Shown in pieces: positions 1-13,700 of a stretch of 64,000 bases of DNA. The position numbers and the translations under genes were made by a program. The notes beneath the pieces were generated by a model. That model saw only the letters and a program-made list of their open reading frames with translations, searched no databases and was not told the DNA's origin. The DNA comes from Tubiluchus corallicola (taxonomy: Eukaryota > Animalia > Priapulida): assembly GCA_030141605.1 (NCBI GenBank), contig JAQGDQ010000902.1, positions 18,060 to 82,059 of the forward strand. The letters are read 5' to 3'. Numbering within the stretch: position 1 is the stretch's first letter; each line of letters begins with the position of its first letter.

Positions 1-6
1 ACTTAC

Positions 7-184
7 GTATTTCACGTTGCCGTGCAGAGACCTTTGACAAAGCTGCACCAGATCTTGATGGCTTCCCTTGTGAAATCTTCCCTTGAGAAGAAACTCTTGA
101 AGCTGGTCTGCTGGAGAATTTAGACTGTGATCCACGTACATCTGTTACCGACACCTGTTTTGCATTCGATGAACTGTTACCCAT
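7..184 (-). CDS. Mirror copy of first coding exon (MGNSSSNAKQ...RQREI); gene copy continues left of window
   Basis: Exact reverse complement of 18413..18590, with its GTAAGT donor at 6..1 and its acceptor just beyond 198. Confidence 0.8.
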
Positions 185-970
185 GATGATATTAGATTCT
201 GCAAAATTAAGACAAAAGTTGCGTGGAACCACAACTTACTCTGTTTTTACAACATACAACACTAGTATCCACAATCGTTACGTGGCTTTCTCTCAAAGCA
301 CTCATCTATATTTTATGGTAACTTCACTAATATTTAATTTTAATACATTGCAAATGTGTAGGTTATACTCAAGTTACACATAAGCATTTATATCATATTA
401 TTTATTTTTAAGAAAATTTGTGTCCTGGATTTCTGATGCCAAGGAAAAATTTATCTGTTTTGTTTAAATAATAAAAGATCTAGAATAAGTGCAGTAAAAT
501 TAGGCCACTTCCTGCCTTCAGTTATTTGGCTAAACTTTTTCCATAATTTTGGTTTAATAAAATAATTATTAATTAATAAGTTTACTTTATTACACAATGC
601 ATTTGTTTTTTTTTCTATGTTCTATAATGTTCTATAATTAAGAATAAAAATTTTTCAGTACATGTACGCCATTATTACTTTAACAAGTTTTTCTCGTCTC
701 TCATCACTAAATCACAAATCATAATTGGTAATACTTCTGTTCTTATCTTACCTGTCTAATTTGAATCTTTCAATAATTTGAAGTAAAACAGGTCATCATA
801 GTAAACACATAAAGCAAAACTCATAACAGAAGTGCATCTTTTACTTCGACTACGTTCCGTTATTGACATTATTCCACTTGAGTCTAAACACTGATTGCTG
901 TGTATTCGGCATTTTCTTATCACATAATCACTGCAGAATCACATTAATTATTTAACTTGCTGCGTCCTCC

Positions 971-992
971 GTTTCCAAGCAACAAATAAACA
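971..992 (-). promoter_or_regulatory. Forkhead site plus RFX X-box (mirror copy)
   Basis: GTTTCCAAGCAAC-AAATAAACA, the reverse complement of 17605..17626. Confidence 0.55.
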
Positions 993-1077
993 CTTACATT
1001 CGGCCTCATGGTTAGGCGAAACCGTGTGCGCTGACTTTCTTACGCATTGTCTGATGTTCACACCTTCCAGACAGAAA

Positions 1078-1310
1078 TCTCTCCCCCTCTCTTCCTCTCT
1101 CTCACACACACACTCTCTCTCTCGCTTCTCTCTTTCTCTCTTTTTCTCTCCATTCATCCGTTCATTCATTCACTCATCAGTGATTCATTCATTCATTCAT
1201 CTATTCACTCATCATTCATTCATTTTTGTTCGTTCGTTCATTCATTCATTCATTCATTAATTCATTCCTTTATTGATTCATTTATTTATTCCTTCATTCA
1301 TTCGCTTATT
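1078..1310. repeat. (CT)n/(CA)n then (TTCA)n simple-repeat block; mirror ~17287..17519
   Basis: Directly visible. The right-arm copy is 8 bp longer. Confidence 0.9.
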
Positions 1311-2786
1311 CACTGTTTTTTTATTTAATTTTTTTATTTTTTTATTTTATGTCCATGTTTATTAACTGTTTAAAAACTCACACATTTAATGAATCTTTCA
1401 TTTTATTCATTTCTGTCTTTTATTCTTGTTTGTTTGTTTTCTTCTTTTAGTCGTTCAGCATTTCTGTCTTTCTCTGTTTCTTTTCTTCTTATTTTCTTTC
1501 ATACTAATAAATTGGAACAAACTGGAACCAGCTCGTCCAGCCTCTGCTTTTTTGACATTTCTACACCATGTGTAAGTGTAACTTGACCTGTTCAATACAG
1601 TGTGTGGAAATCTCAACTTACTAAATCGAAAGAACAGAAAATAGCAAAACTTATAATAGTTTTTATCAATATGATCTAAAATAGTTTAAACTGCAGAGGC
1701 TTTTGGATAACAGGTGAAATTTAAAGGTAGAATTAGAATTAGTTTAATCAAAAGATGGATTCGGGCTCAACTGGGTTTATTATAATAGCCAAGCTGAACA
1801 TCGGTAATAGGGACATGCAGGCTTCAGTTCAATGCAGTTGTTACATAATTTATAAAATCACCCATGTTCCTTTTGTCTTTCTTACATTATTTATTTTTTC
1901 ATTCTTGTCCATCGTTTTTAATGATTATAAAAAATTCATGCCATTTCATCTGTTTATTTTTTTTATTTCGATAGTTTACCTTCTCTTCGGTAGATAGCGC
2001 CACCAGGTGCAAACTTATTGAGAACGTATAATCTACTGCGTAAATAGGACTCTGCATAGCGCACCAATACGAAAGCAACTACTATAGAGAACCTACTTTA
2101 CTATTTTTGTTTACCTGTCTGTCAATTATATTTCTGATTTTAATCTATGATATGCCCTATGTTGCAAAATGTTTCTGCTCACAAACCAAAGCGGAAGACT
2201 TGTTCTCTCTCATTCAAGAAAATCGCAATAACCATGGTCTGGTGCTGTGCAGTAATCGCAATTTTTGTTTTAAATTCTTGTACTCAGAACATTTTTCCTG
2301 AAAAAAATGAATTAGCAAAAGCTACAAAACATTTTTTTGGAAAATTGTATTGCTTTAAGTCTGAATGATTTGCAAAGCCACGCATTTTACCGAATGCACT
2401 CGGTTGTAAATTTAATGTCATTTTGCTCAAAGAACTTTGTGTCTCACAATTTCACAAAGTATTTCAAAAGTGTGTTAACTCTGCATACCGGGCCGGATTA
2501 TGATCTTTTGAGGCCCCTAGGCTAATGAAATTATGGACTCCCCTCAGATGGAATCATCCTCTAACTCACCTGCCACCCGTCTTGAATATTTTTTACTCCT
2601 CATATATTTCAGCGACATCTACACAGCTTGAAGTAAACTTATTGCAAATTTTTCAAATAAAGTAGACTAGCCATCTTTTGTCTCTCAATAAAAATATTCT
2701 TCAAGAAATACCACTATTTTACTATTTATGGCAAACCAAATTAGCACGTAATTATTTCAACACAACAGCAGTGAAATTATGCAAAC

Positions 2787-3101
2787 ATAGCTTTTGATTT
2801 TCAAATCACAGTAGCTACAAAAATGCATGTATGTCCATTATTGCATGTAATATAATCATGCATGATGTCAATATATACAGGCAGGGTCAAATTATCTTAT
2901 AGGCTAGTATAGGTTGCAGCCTAGGGCCCCTCAACCAGGGGGGTCTTCCGGTTTTGGTAAGGCCTGCTTGAGGGCCCCTAGGCTGCAGCCTATATTTTCT
3001 TGTGAATCATGTGGATATCATGCAATGCATAATTATGTTAGGTGCAATAATAGACGTACGTGTATTTTTGTAGCTGCTGTGATTTGAAATTCAAAAGCTA
3101 T
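2787..3101. mobile_element. MITE-like element with ~80-bp imperfect terminal inverted repeats; mirror 15488..15802
   Basis: ATAGCTTTTGATTTTCAAATCACAGTAGCTACAAAAAT pairs with ATTTTTGTAGCTGCTGTGATTTGAAATTCAAAAGCTAT. GC-rich core with TAGGCTGCAGCCTA/GGGCCCC motifs. Confidence 0.6.
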
Positions 3102-3274
3102 AATTTCAGAACAGTTCACCTTTGTACTCGAGATAATATATCCTTCCAATTGTTTAAGCAGTTAATTTTTAATATTTTTTGCCAACAACTTGTTTAAAAT
3201 TTAGTTGATGTTGACCAGTTTTTTTAGGTATGCCAGCCACGTTTTCGTCTACTGTGGCTGTGTCTCAAACAACA

Positions 3275-3307
3275 TGCACATGCGCAGTAAACGTCACACA
3301 CGTGACG
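3275..3307. promoter_or_regulatory. NRF1-like motif plus E-box in CpG-retaining patch; mirror 15282..15314
   Basis: TGCACATGCGCA (one mismatch to TGCGCATGCGCA) followed by CACGTGAC. Confidence 0.35.
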
Positions 3308-4302
3308 CCTCTGTCCAACTTTTAACTTATATACGAGATAAATGTTTAATGATTCACTGTTTCTGTGTGTCAGCGGCAATTCCCCGTTTGTGCTGCGTGT
3401 AAGAAGACTGTGAGATTGACTGAAGCCGGAGAAAAGAAACAGCGAAAGGAGTACCACATCCACACGTGTGACTTAACGGGCTCCTCTTTCTAAGTTTGTG
3501 TGTGTCAGGGTTTTCAGTGAAGATAATTATTTTTGTGGTTACTGACAGATGATTTGTGTTCATAGGATTCGATTAAAAGCTGTATCAGGTTAATTACATA
3601 GTGATGATTATAATATTATAGATCTAAGACATGCGTACGCTATTGGAGCTTCTTTGGATTGTGGATTATAGTACGCATCATTGTCAATTATGTGCACCGA
3701 ATTCTGATGATATTTGTCAACATTTTAACATTCATGGAGCATATACGTTCTAGAGAAGTGAGTATTAACTTTTTTAATAGTTCGTTCGTTTATCTACTTT
3801 AGGTCGCTTGGTTAGCTCGGTAACACAGCTATATTTTTTGTCATTTTAACAAATTTCTTATCCACAAACTAGAATGAGCTAGGGCAGAGAGCATTCAAAA
3901 GAGGTACAGGCCTACGCCATCACGTGAAATCACTATATATATATATGTGCACAAAATGTATTTTTAGATTTTTTCACCTGTGACCTTCATCATTTTCTAA
4001 CCGAAAAGCTACGGTTTCCAGGTCTTGTTCTGACACATCCGTGTGCTAACGTATTGATTATGCATGTAGCTTCATCAATTTTGATTTTATTGTGCTGGTA
4101 GACAGACAGACGGACGGACGGAAAAATGGAAATACGTTGTTTTATGTTCTGAACTCTTTTATCTTCTATGTCGGATTGAGATTTCAGTTTTGATAGGAAC
4201 GATATGATAGAAAAACTGGCATAGTTCCGATATGATACAAAAACGAAAATAAGTAGATTATCCAACAACTTTGATTGTAATAGAAAAGAATGATTTCAGT
4301 AG

Positions 4303-5044
4303 CGATGCGGCTGAACTCATAACTCGGATCCCAACGTAAGTTCACAACCCTGATGTTGGTATAAGTAATAACAAGGCGGTTTATTAATAAAATATAATAA
4401 GTGTAGCATAATACAAGCGTGACAACTAGGATGATGTATTCTGCAGCCGCCACCGGATCGGGTGTGTGACTGATTCTTAAATACTTATCTGACGTCATAC
4501 TTACGTCACGTGTTTTGGGAAGGGGTTCTCACTACAGTTCATCACCCATTAAGTCACACACTTGTAATGAGGAGGATAATAATAATAATATTAACACTTT
4601 TACGTGACGGCATGACTTGATTCTCAATTATGCTCATTTAACGGTTAACTTCAAGTTAACATGGTTTCATGCAATCGTAATAATTATATTACTGCTCATT
4701 CGCAAGTCTATCATATCTAGAACGGTTAAAACTCTCTCAAAATTTCTTGGCTAAGCGATTACGTTTGATAAAATTATTCTGCTACGTTTGCATTTAATAA
4801 AATTCTTTTGCTAGTTCTTCTAATGCAGTGATGCGTGTGAACTCATAACTCGGATCCCAACAAAAGTAACATAACCCTGATGTTGGCTTAGTAAGTAATA
4901 ACAAAATATAATAAGCATAGCATGTATACAAGCGTGACAAGGATGATGCATTCTGCAGCCACCACCGGTTCGGGTGTGTGACTGATTCTGTATGTGCGTG
5001 ACGTCATAGTTACGTCACGTCTTTTGGAAAGGGTTCCCACTACA
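4303..5044. repeat. Diverged direct repeat pair (~4303-4536 and ~4829-5044), each with a double CRE-like site; mirrored in right arm
   Basis: Shared GAACTCATAACTCGGATCCCAAC...CCCTGATGTTGG...TGACGTCA-N3-TTACGTCACGT...CACTACA. Confidence 0.85.
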
Positions 5045-7881
5045 TTTCTCCTTCACACACAGTTTTTTATTTTGAAGTGCTTTTGTTTACAACGGTGAAA
5101 GGATACCCTGAAATTGCAGAAATCACGAATGCGCAAAACAAGTTGAACAAGTTGCCAGCCGTTCAGTTGCGATGTACTTATAGGTTAGTTGCTGACAACA
5201 GCTTATTGTGTGGTAGACTATATACAGCAAATACGACTATGAAGCAATGCTTTATATTTATTTATTCGTCTTAAACTCATCCTGTATGTACTTTGTGAAG
5301 TACTCATACAACCATTAAATCATAAAATCACATCATTACATAAAATCTTTTTTTAATAAAACTCACAGTTGCATTCTTAAGGCATGATCGAAAAACATGC
5401 AGCTTACAAACATTGGAAATTTTTAAACAATTTTTCGCGTCATGGCGAATTTTGTGTTAAGTGTTAAATAAATTTTATAGTTCGTAGTTCGTACTATTTC
5501 ATAAGGATAAGTAACACCGGGCTTTGCTAATAAATGGATTAGTGGCAGTAACAAAAATTATTTCTGGGCACAAGTTTCCTCCCAACTAAATATCTCACTG
5601 AGGGAAGATGTATTCACTTCTGAATTCAATTGACTAACACGCACGCCATCAACATTAGCGGACCTGCATTAAATATGAAAACTTGCTTGCTTTAAGAACT
5701 ATAATGAGGTCCCTAATACAGGTGCAGACCCACACCCTGACATGAAGTCACTCTGGGTAAAAATGTATTTCCAGATTTTTTAACAGTTTATTTGTAGTAA
5801 ACCATTGACTTTCTGAATGAAAACAAATGGAAAACTCCATGCCCTACTCAGCCCTATCCCTATGTTAAGCCGGGTGTATATAGCTTCCCTCTTTTAATAA
5901 TATTGGCATTTTTTCATCTTCAAATTTTTGAGCTTTTCAACACAAAAACAAGAGTTGCTTGCCTTGCTTTATCCCCTGTGTCATGCTTGACGATCATCCG
6001 TTTTCACCTTTCAGACCCAGGCTAAAATCACAGGGTTTCCAACTGTGGCCCAAACCTATCCCAATATGCCATGATTAGTGATTGTAATTTCATTAATTTT
6101 AATTTCATACTGCAGACAGACAGACAGACAGACAAGCACGCACATGAACTGAAAAATAGAGATACAATGATTAAATGTGTTGAAACCCGTCGGGACTTGA
6201 GATTTGCGTGACTTAGCCGCCAGAATTCGTTATAATGGAAAAATTAAACAAGTTTGGTTGTAATAAAAATTCTGACTAAAGTTACAATTCTAACAGACAA
6301 CAAATTCGTGAAGTGGATTAGGATTAGGGTATTTAAACTGAGTGAGGAATTGTAAACTGCTTCCAAAATTCTAAATTGCTTTACGACTCGTTTACGTCAT
6401 GTAGTAATTTTTCATTTTGTCTAGCCTTTGAAGCATGTTGAAGTACAAAACACGACAAACTTTTACCACTTCTCAGTCATTTGATTCTCATTGGGGAAAG
6501 AAATTTACAGCAGCTTGGGGTGTCTTAAACTACTTACAGTAAATATGGCAACTATAGTGTTTAATTTGTAGGTAAAATTCTGCAATTTAATTTTTACATT
6601 TTCAGTTAATTGAAAAAACTGTGGCCCCAAAAGTTGATACACTCACGGCTTTTGTTCTTTGTCATCTATAACTTCACAAATCGAAGTTAAACCAGTTTAA
6701 CCAAGTGACATAATTAGATTTTTTAATGACAAAATTGACCAGTAAGCTTAAAAGTCGCTACTTGTCAGCCTTGTAAGTTAAAATCAACTGATACCATTTG
6801 CCCAAACCACTAGAAAAAGATGCTTCGTAACTTACAAACGTTCAGCGGCTTTAAAATTTAAAGAAGCCGGATTTATATTAGAAACCCTCTTCGCTGCTTC
6901 ACTTATTTGCAACGACAAGAGACAGTTATTTATTTTTTGCTTTTCTATAGATGATTTGTCTTCAACTCCTCATTTTATCACCAAAGAAGACATAAATTAA
7001 GTAGTGTAGGATTTCGCATTATGATTACAAGCTTGTAAAATACTGTAGCAGGTCATAGTGTCGTGTATGTATGATACCCATATGTTGTGGAATGGTCTAG
7101 CTCAGTTGTATTTTAGTCTAAACCGTAAAAGATGCTGTCTAGGTTAACACTGATGTACATACCAAACTGTAAAGCTGGAAACTTGAAGTTTAAATACGTC
7201 GACAAAATTCACCGCAGGTCTCTCTAGACTTATCTGGGACCAAAACTTTGTTACAAGTCATTTCTGTTCATTAAATTACTCACGGAGCGGGTCAGCTGTA
7301 GTCTGAAGTTTGGAACTTGGAGTTACGGCAATACAAATACCATCAAATACGCATTGCTCATTACCTCAAGTGAGCTATAATATATTACAGGATTAGATCA
7401 GACAGTTTGAACAACATGATTTAGGATCCTCACCTCATCAAGCTATATACACTATTTACAAAAACATTTACTGTAAGCATTGACTGTACTTATTACTAGT
7501 TCCTACACAAGTGGGCTATGTTTAGCGTTTGGTTTGTTACATACATGGGATTTACAAATACTGTAACAACAACAATTTCTGCTGGGTTTAACACCACTTG
7601 CACGTTTTCTGTTGTCAGGCATTTTTGTCTTAATCTTACTGTTAACGCCGCACAATTTCAATTAATAATTGGAGGCGTCGCCAAGAGAGGGTTCTGCTGT
7701 GGCGGACGCATGACGTGCATTCGTCAAGCATTGTTACACGGTCTTTACTTCACCTTGTGCTTAGCACGTGTCCATACACTGAGGTATTCAATCACAAGCG
7801 AGTGTAAAAATGATATCGGGGAGCCCCTGTTTTGGCACTGTGGCTAAAACTGGTCTCGGCTAACCCCCATTTTGACACTGG

Positions 7882-7898
7882 GACGCCCCCTGCTGGCA
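7882..7898 (-). promoter_or_regulatory. CTCF-like motif
   Basis: Reverse complement reads TGCCAGCAGGGGGCGTC, close to the core CCASYAGRKGGCRS. Confidence 0.5.
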
Positions 7899-8220
7899 GC
7901 GTTTTACACGCAAATCAATAGAAATGGTGGCTTCATAGCGCCGGAGCGGTTGTACAGCTGATTCTAAGCGTCTCTACCTCATCTTCCATTCTGCTTATAA
8001 CATAGTCGCTATTATGATTCACCCCTCTGATCAATAAATCGATGAAAAGTTGATGACCGCCGCTTATAAACTGGTGTCATGTGATAATCGCTTAAGCGAA
8101 ATCAAAATATCACAGAATAAAAATGGACAGGTCTAAGCAAACTGTATAATTTGCTTTGCGTTAAAATTTAATTTAGAGCAAAGTGTACGAGTCACGTGAC
8201 TAGTTGAATTCTACTTGTCA

Positions 8221-8767
<547 letters not shown>

Positions 8768-9914
8768 TAACTTATATCAGTAAAATTAATCCATTAACAG
8801 AAGTTTGTGGGTCGTAGAACAGCGCTCTACAAGACTATAAACCAGCAGCCAGTTTTGCCGATGAACATCAGAAGCCAGACATGCGAGCAAGCGAGTCATG
8901 AAATCATACATCATTTAACTCGTTCGCCACATGCTTGCGGCAAGCATAAATATAGATCATAAACGCAATCAGATGTGTATACAAATCTTGTTAGTGAGAG
9001 AATGTGCGATAAATAAAATAAATATAGGCAGGAACTCTGAGCAACATTTGATTCCGACTGTAACTCATCAAACCGTCTACTGTACCGCAGGAGGCTAATG
9101 TGTGAGATATTTGCTTTTATGAAAGCCAAGCTGATGTTATTTGTTTTTGTTAATTTTTTATATAAGTCATTATAATAAACACTACATGGTTTGCATTATA
9201 TTGTTAGTAAGATTATGAGACAAACTGTTATCTTACAATTTAACTACGTCTAATGACTATTTCAAAAAATTCTTTCTTCAAAACACTTATAAGTACAGAA
9301 CTTTATTTATTAATTGTACAAAGCGCTTTCAAACCCGATAAAACTAATCTTCTGTGGCGATATTTTATTTACTAATTTCACTAATGTTTTATTTTAATTG
9401 TTAATTATTTCATAGTCTAAATTGTTGTGCAATCATGCTTAATTTCCAGTGATATGATATTACGTAAATTCACGTTTAATTTTTAATTAATTTTGTTTAA
9501 TTTAATTGGATGTTAGTTGAGCAATGTGGGATAATCAATGCATCAGTTATGTGAAACTGTCTGACTCAAGCCAATAAACTACATTTAAAATAAAATAACC
9601 ATTATAATTAATTGTACTAATGGTTGTTAAAACAACTATTTATCCTCTTTAGCCATGAAACTCTTATGTAACAGACATACCGCTCTGCTTTTCACTTAAA
9701 TTAAAACTATTATTTTGTCTTTATCAACATAGTTGCCCTCACGAATTGGATAACTATAATATAAAGATTTATCGTCTGTTTGCTTGCCTGTATGTCTGTC
9801 TGTCTTTACTAAAGTAACTAGTTTACTATAGAATAGGGGTAAATAGTTTTCTAAAACAAATTTAAAAACTGTTTTTATAATTGTTTTAAAGTGCATGTAT
9901 AAATATTTTAAATG

Positions 9915-10325
9915 ACTAAAATAAATGAATAAACGAATGAAAGAATGAATGAAGAAAGAAAAACAGCGAAAAAACGAAATGGAAAAAAGAGCAAACAATT
10001 TTACTAACAATTAGATGAATGAACAAAAAAAAGTCAAATGCGTGGACGATTGAATGAATGAAACTAGTAAATGAATAACTGAATGAATTATTGAATGAAT
10101 GAACAAATGAATGCACGAATAAATACATGAATGGATAAATGAATGAATGAGCAAATGAATGCACGAATAAATACATGAATGGATAAATGAATGAATGAAT
10201 GAATGAATGAATGAGTGAGTGAGTCAGTAAGTGAGTGAGTGAGTGGGTGAGTAAGTGAGTGAGTGAGTGAATGAGTGAGTCAGTGTGGTGAATGAATGAA
10301 CAAATAAATAAATGAACGAATTAAT
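9915..10325. repeat. (GAAT)n/(GAGT)n degenerate microsatellite at right spacer edge
   Basis: Directly visible. Confidence 0.9.
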
Positions 10326-10693
10326 CAATTAAATGACTGAAATAAAGAATTAACAAACATTTCACAACCACATACAAGTAGAATTCAACTAGTCACGTGA
10401 CTCGTACACTTTGCTCTAAATTAAATTTTAACGCAAAGCAAATTATACAGTTTGCTTAGACCTGTCCATTTTTATTCTGTGATATTTTGATTTCGCTTAA
10501 GCGATTATCACATGACACCAGTTTATAAGCGGCGGTCATCAACTTTTCATCGATTTATTGATCAGAGGGGTGAATCATAATAGCGACTATGTTATAAGCA
10601 GAATGGAAGATGAGGTAGAGACGCTTAGAATCAGCTGTACAACCGCTCCGGCGCTATGAAGCCACCATTTCTATTGATTTGCGTGTAAAACGC

Positions 10694-10710
10694 TGCCAGC
10701 AGGGGGCGTC
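10694..10710 (+). promoter_or_regulatory. CTCF-like motif
   Basis: TGCCAGCAGGGGGCGTC. Confidence 0.5.
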
Positions 10711-13700
10711 CCAGTGTCAAAATGGGGGTTAGCCGAGACCAGTTTTAGCCACAGTGCCAAAACAGGGGCTCCCCGATATCATTTTTACACTCGCTTGTGA
10801 TTGAATACCTCAGTGTATGGACACGTGCTAAGCACAAGGTGAAGTAAAGACCGTGTAACAATGCTTGACGAATGCACGTCATGCGTCCGCCACAGCAGAA
10901 CCCTCTCTTGGCGACGCCTCCAATTATTAATTGAAATTGTGCGGCGTTAACAGTAAGATTAAGACAAAAATGCCTGACAACAGAAAACGTGCAAGTGGTG
11001 TTAAACCCAGCAGAAATTGTTGTTGTTACAGTATTTGTAAATCCCATGTATGTAACAAACCAAACGCTAAACATAGCCCACTTGTGTAGGAACTAGTAAT
11101 AAGTACAGTCAATGCTTACAGTAAATGTTTTTGTAAATAGTGTATATAGCTTGATGAGGTGAGGATCCTAAATCATGTTGTTCAAACTGTCTGATCTAAT
11201 CCTGTAATATATTATAGCTCACTTGAGGTAATGAGCAATGCGTATTTGATGGTATTTGTATTGCCGTAACTCCAAGTTCCAAACTTCAGACTACAGCTGA
11301 CCCGCTCCGTGAGTAATTTAATGAACAGAAATGACTTGTAACAAAGTTTTGGTCCCAGATAAGTCTAGAGAGACCTGCGGTGAATTTTGTCGACGTATTT
11401 AAACTTCAAGTTTCCAGCTTTACAGTTTGGTATGTACATCAGTGTTAACCTAGACAGCATCTTTTACGGTTTAGACTAAAATACAACTGAGCTAGACCAT
11501 TCCACAACATATGGGTATCATACATACACGACACTATGACCTGCTACAGTATTTTACAAGCTTGTAATCATAATGCGAAATCCTACACTACTTAATTTAT
11601 GTCTTCTTTGGTGATAAAATGAGGAGTTGAAGACAAATCATCTATAGAAAAGCAAAAAATAAATAACTGTCTCTTGTCGTTGCAAATAAGTGAAGCAGCG
11701 AAGAGGGTTTCTAATATAAATCCGGCTTCTTTAAATTTTAAAGCCGCTGAACGTTTGTAAGTTACGAAGCATCTTTTTCTAGTGGTTTGGGCAAATGGTA
11801 TCAGTTGATTTTAACTTACAAGGCTGACAAGTAGCGACTTTTAAGCTTACTGGTCAATTTTGTCATTAAAAAATCTAATTATGTCACTTGGTTAAACTGG
11901 TTTAACTTCGATTTGTGAAGTTATAGATGACAAAGAACAAAAGCCGTGAGTGTATCAACTTTTGGGGCCACAGTTTTTTCAATTAACTGAAAATGTAAAA
12001 ATTAAATTGCAGAATTTTACCTACAAATTAAACACTATAGTTGCCATATTTACTGTAAGTAGTTTAAGACACCCCAAGCTGCTGTAAATTTCTTTCCCCA
12101 ATGAGAATCAAATGACTGAGAAGTGGTAAAAGTTTGTCGTGTTTTGTACTTCAACATGCTTCAAAGGCTAGACAAAATGAAAAATTACTACATGACGTAA
12201 ACGAGTCGTAAAGCAATTTAGAATTTTGGAAGCAGTTTACAATTCCTCACTCAGTTTAAATACCCTAATCCTAATCCACTTCACGAATTTGTTGTCTGTT
12301 AGAATTGTAACTTTAGTCAGAATTTTTATTACAACCAAACTTGTTTAATTTTTCCATTATAACGAATTCTGGCGGCTAAGTCACGCAAATCTCAAGTCCC
12401 GACGGGTTTCAACACATTTAATCATTGTATCTCTATTTTTCAGTTCATGTGCGTGCTTGTCTGTCTGTCTGTCTGTCTGCAGTATGAAATTAAAATTAAT
12501 GAAATTACAATCACTAATCATGGCATATTGGGATAGGTTTGGGCCACAGTTGGAAACCCTGTGATTTTAGCCTGGGTCTGAAAGGTGAAAACGGATGATC
12601 GTCAAGCATGACACAGGGGATAAAGCAAGGCAAGCAACTCTTGTTTTTGTGTTGAAAAGCTCAAAAATTTGAAGATGAAAAAATGCCAATATTATTAAAA
12701 GAGGGAAGCTATATACACCCGGCTTAACATAGGGATAGGGCTGAGTAGGGCATGGAGTTTTCCATTTGTTTTCATTCAGAAAGTCAATGGTTTACTACAA
12801 ATAAACTGTTAAAAAATCTGGAAATACATTTTTACCCAGAGTGACTTCATGTCAGGGTGTGGGTCTGCACCTGTATTAGGGACCTCATTATAGTTCTTAA
12901 AGCAAGCAAGTTTTCATATTTAATGCAGGTCCGCTAATGTTGATGGCGTGCGTGTTAGTCAATTGAATTCAGAAGTGAATACATCTTCCCTCAGTGAGAT
13001 ATTTAGTTGGGAGGAAACTTGTGCCCAGAAATAATTTTTGTTACTGCCACTAATCCATTTATTAGCAAAGCCCGGTGTTACTTATCCTTATGAAATAGTA
13101 CGAACTACGAACTATAAAATTTATTTAACACTTAACACAAAATTCGCCATGACGCGAAAAATTGTTTAAAAATTTCCAATGTTTGTAAGCTGCATGTTTT
13201 TCGATCATGCCTTAAGAATGCAACTGTGAGTTTTATTAAAAAAAGATTTTATGTAATGATGTGATTTTATGATTTAATGGTTGTATGAGTACTTCACAAA
13301 GTACATACAGGATGAGTTTAAGACGAATAAATAAATATAAAGCATTGCTTCATAGTCGTATTTGCTGTATATAGTCTACCACACAATAAGCTGTTGTCAG
13401 CAACTAACCTATAAGTACATCGCAACTGAACGGCTGGCAACTTGTTCAACTTGTTTTGCGCATTCGTGATTTCTGCAATTTCAGGGTATCCTTTCACCGT
13501 TGTAAACAAAAGCACTTCAAAATAAAAAACTGTGTGTGAAGGAGAAATGTAGTGGGAACCCTTTCCAAAAGACGTGACGTAACTATGACGTCACGCACAT
13601 ACAGAATCAGTCACACACCCGAACCGGTGGTGGCTGCAGAATGCATCATCCTTGTCACGCTTGTATACATGCTATGCTTATTATATTTTGTTATTACTTA

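Larger units (their letters stand above)
1..8218. repeat. Left arm of giant inverted duplication (truncated by window start)
   Basis: Reverse complement of 10374..18596. Mirrored ORF pairs give constant coordinate sums (18597, then 18589, then 18592). Identity ends at 8218/10374. Confidence 0.98.

Noticed and set aside
7518-7847. 109-aa ORF and its mirror 10745..11074, plus other 60-105 aa ORFs in the arms
   Set aside because: No recognisable domain or splice structure. Their duplication only reflects the palindrome.
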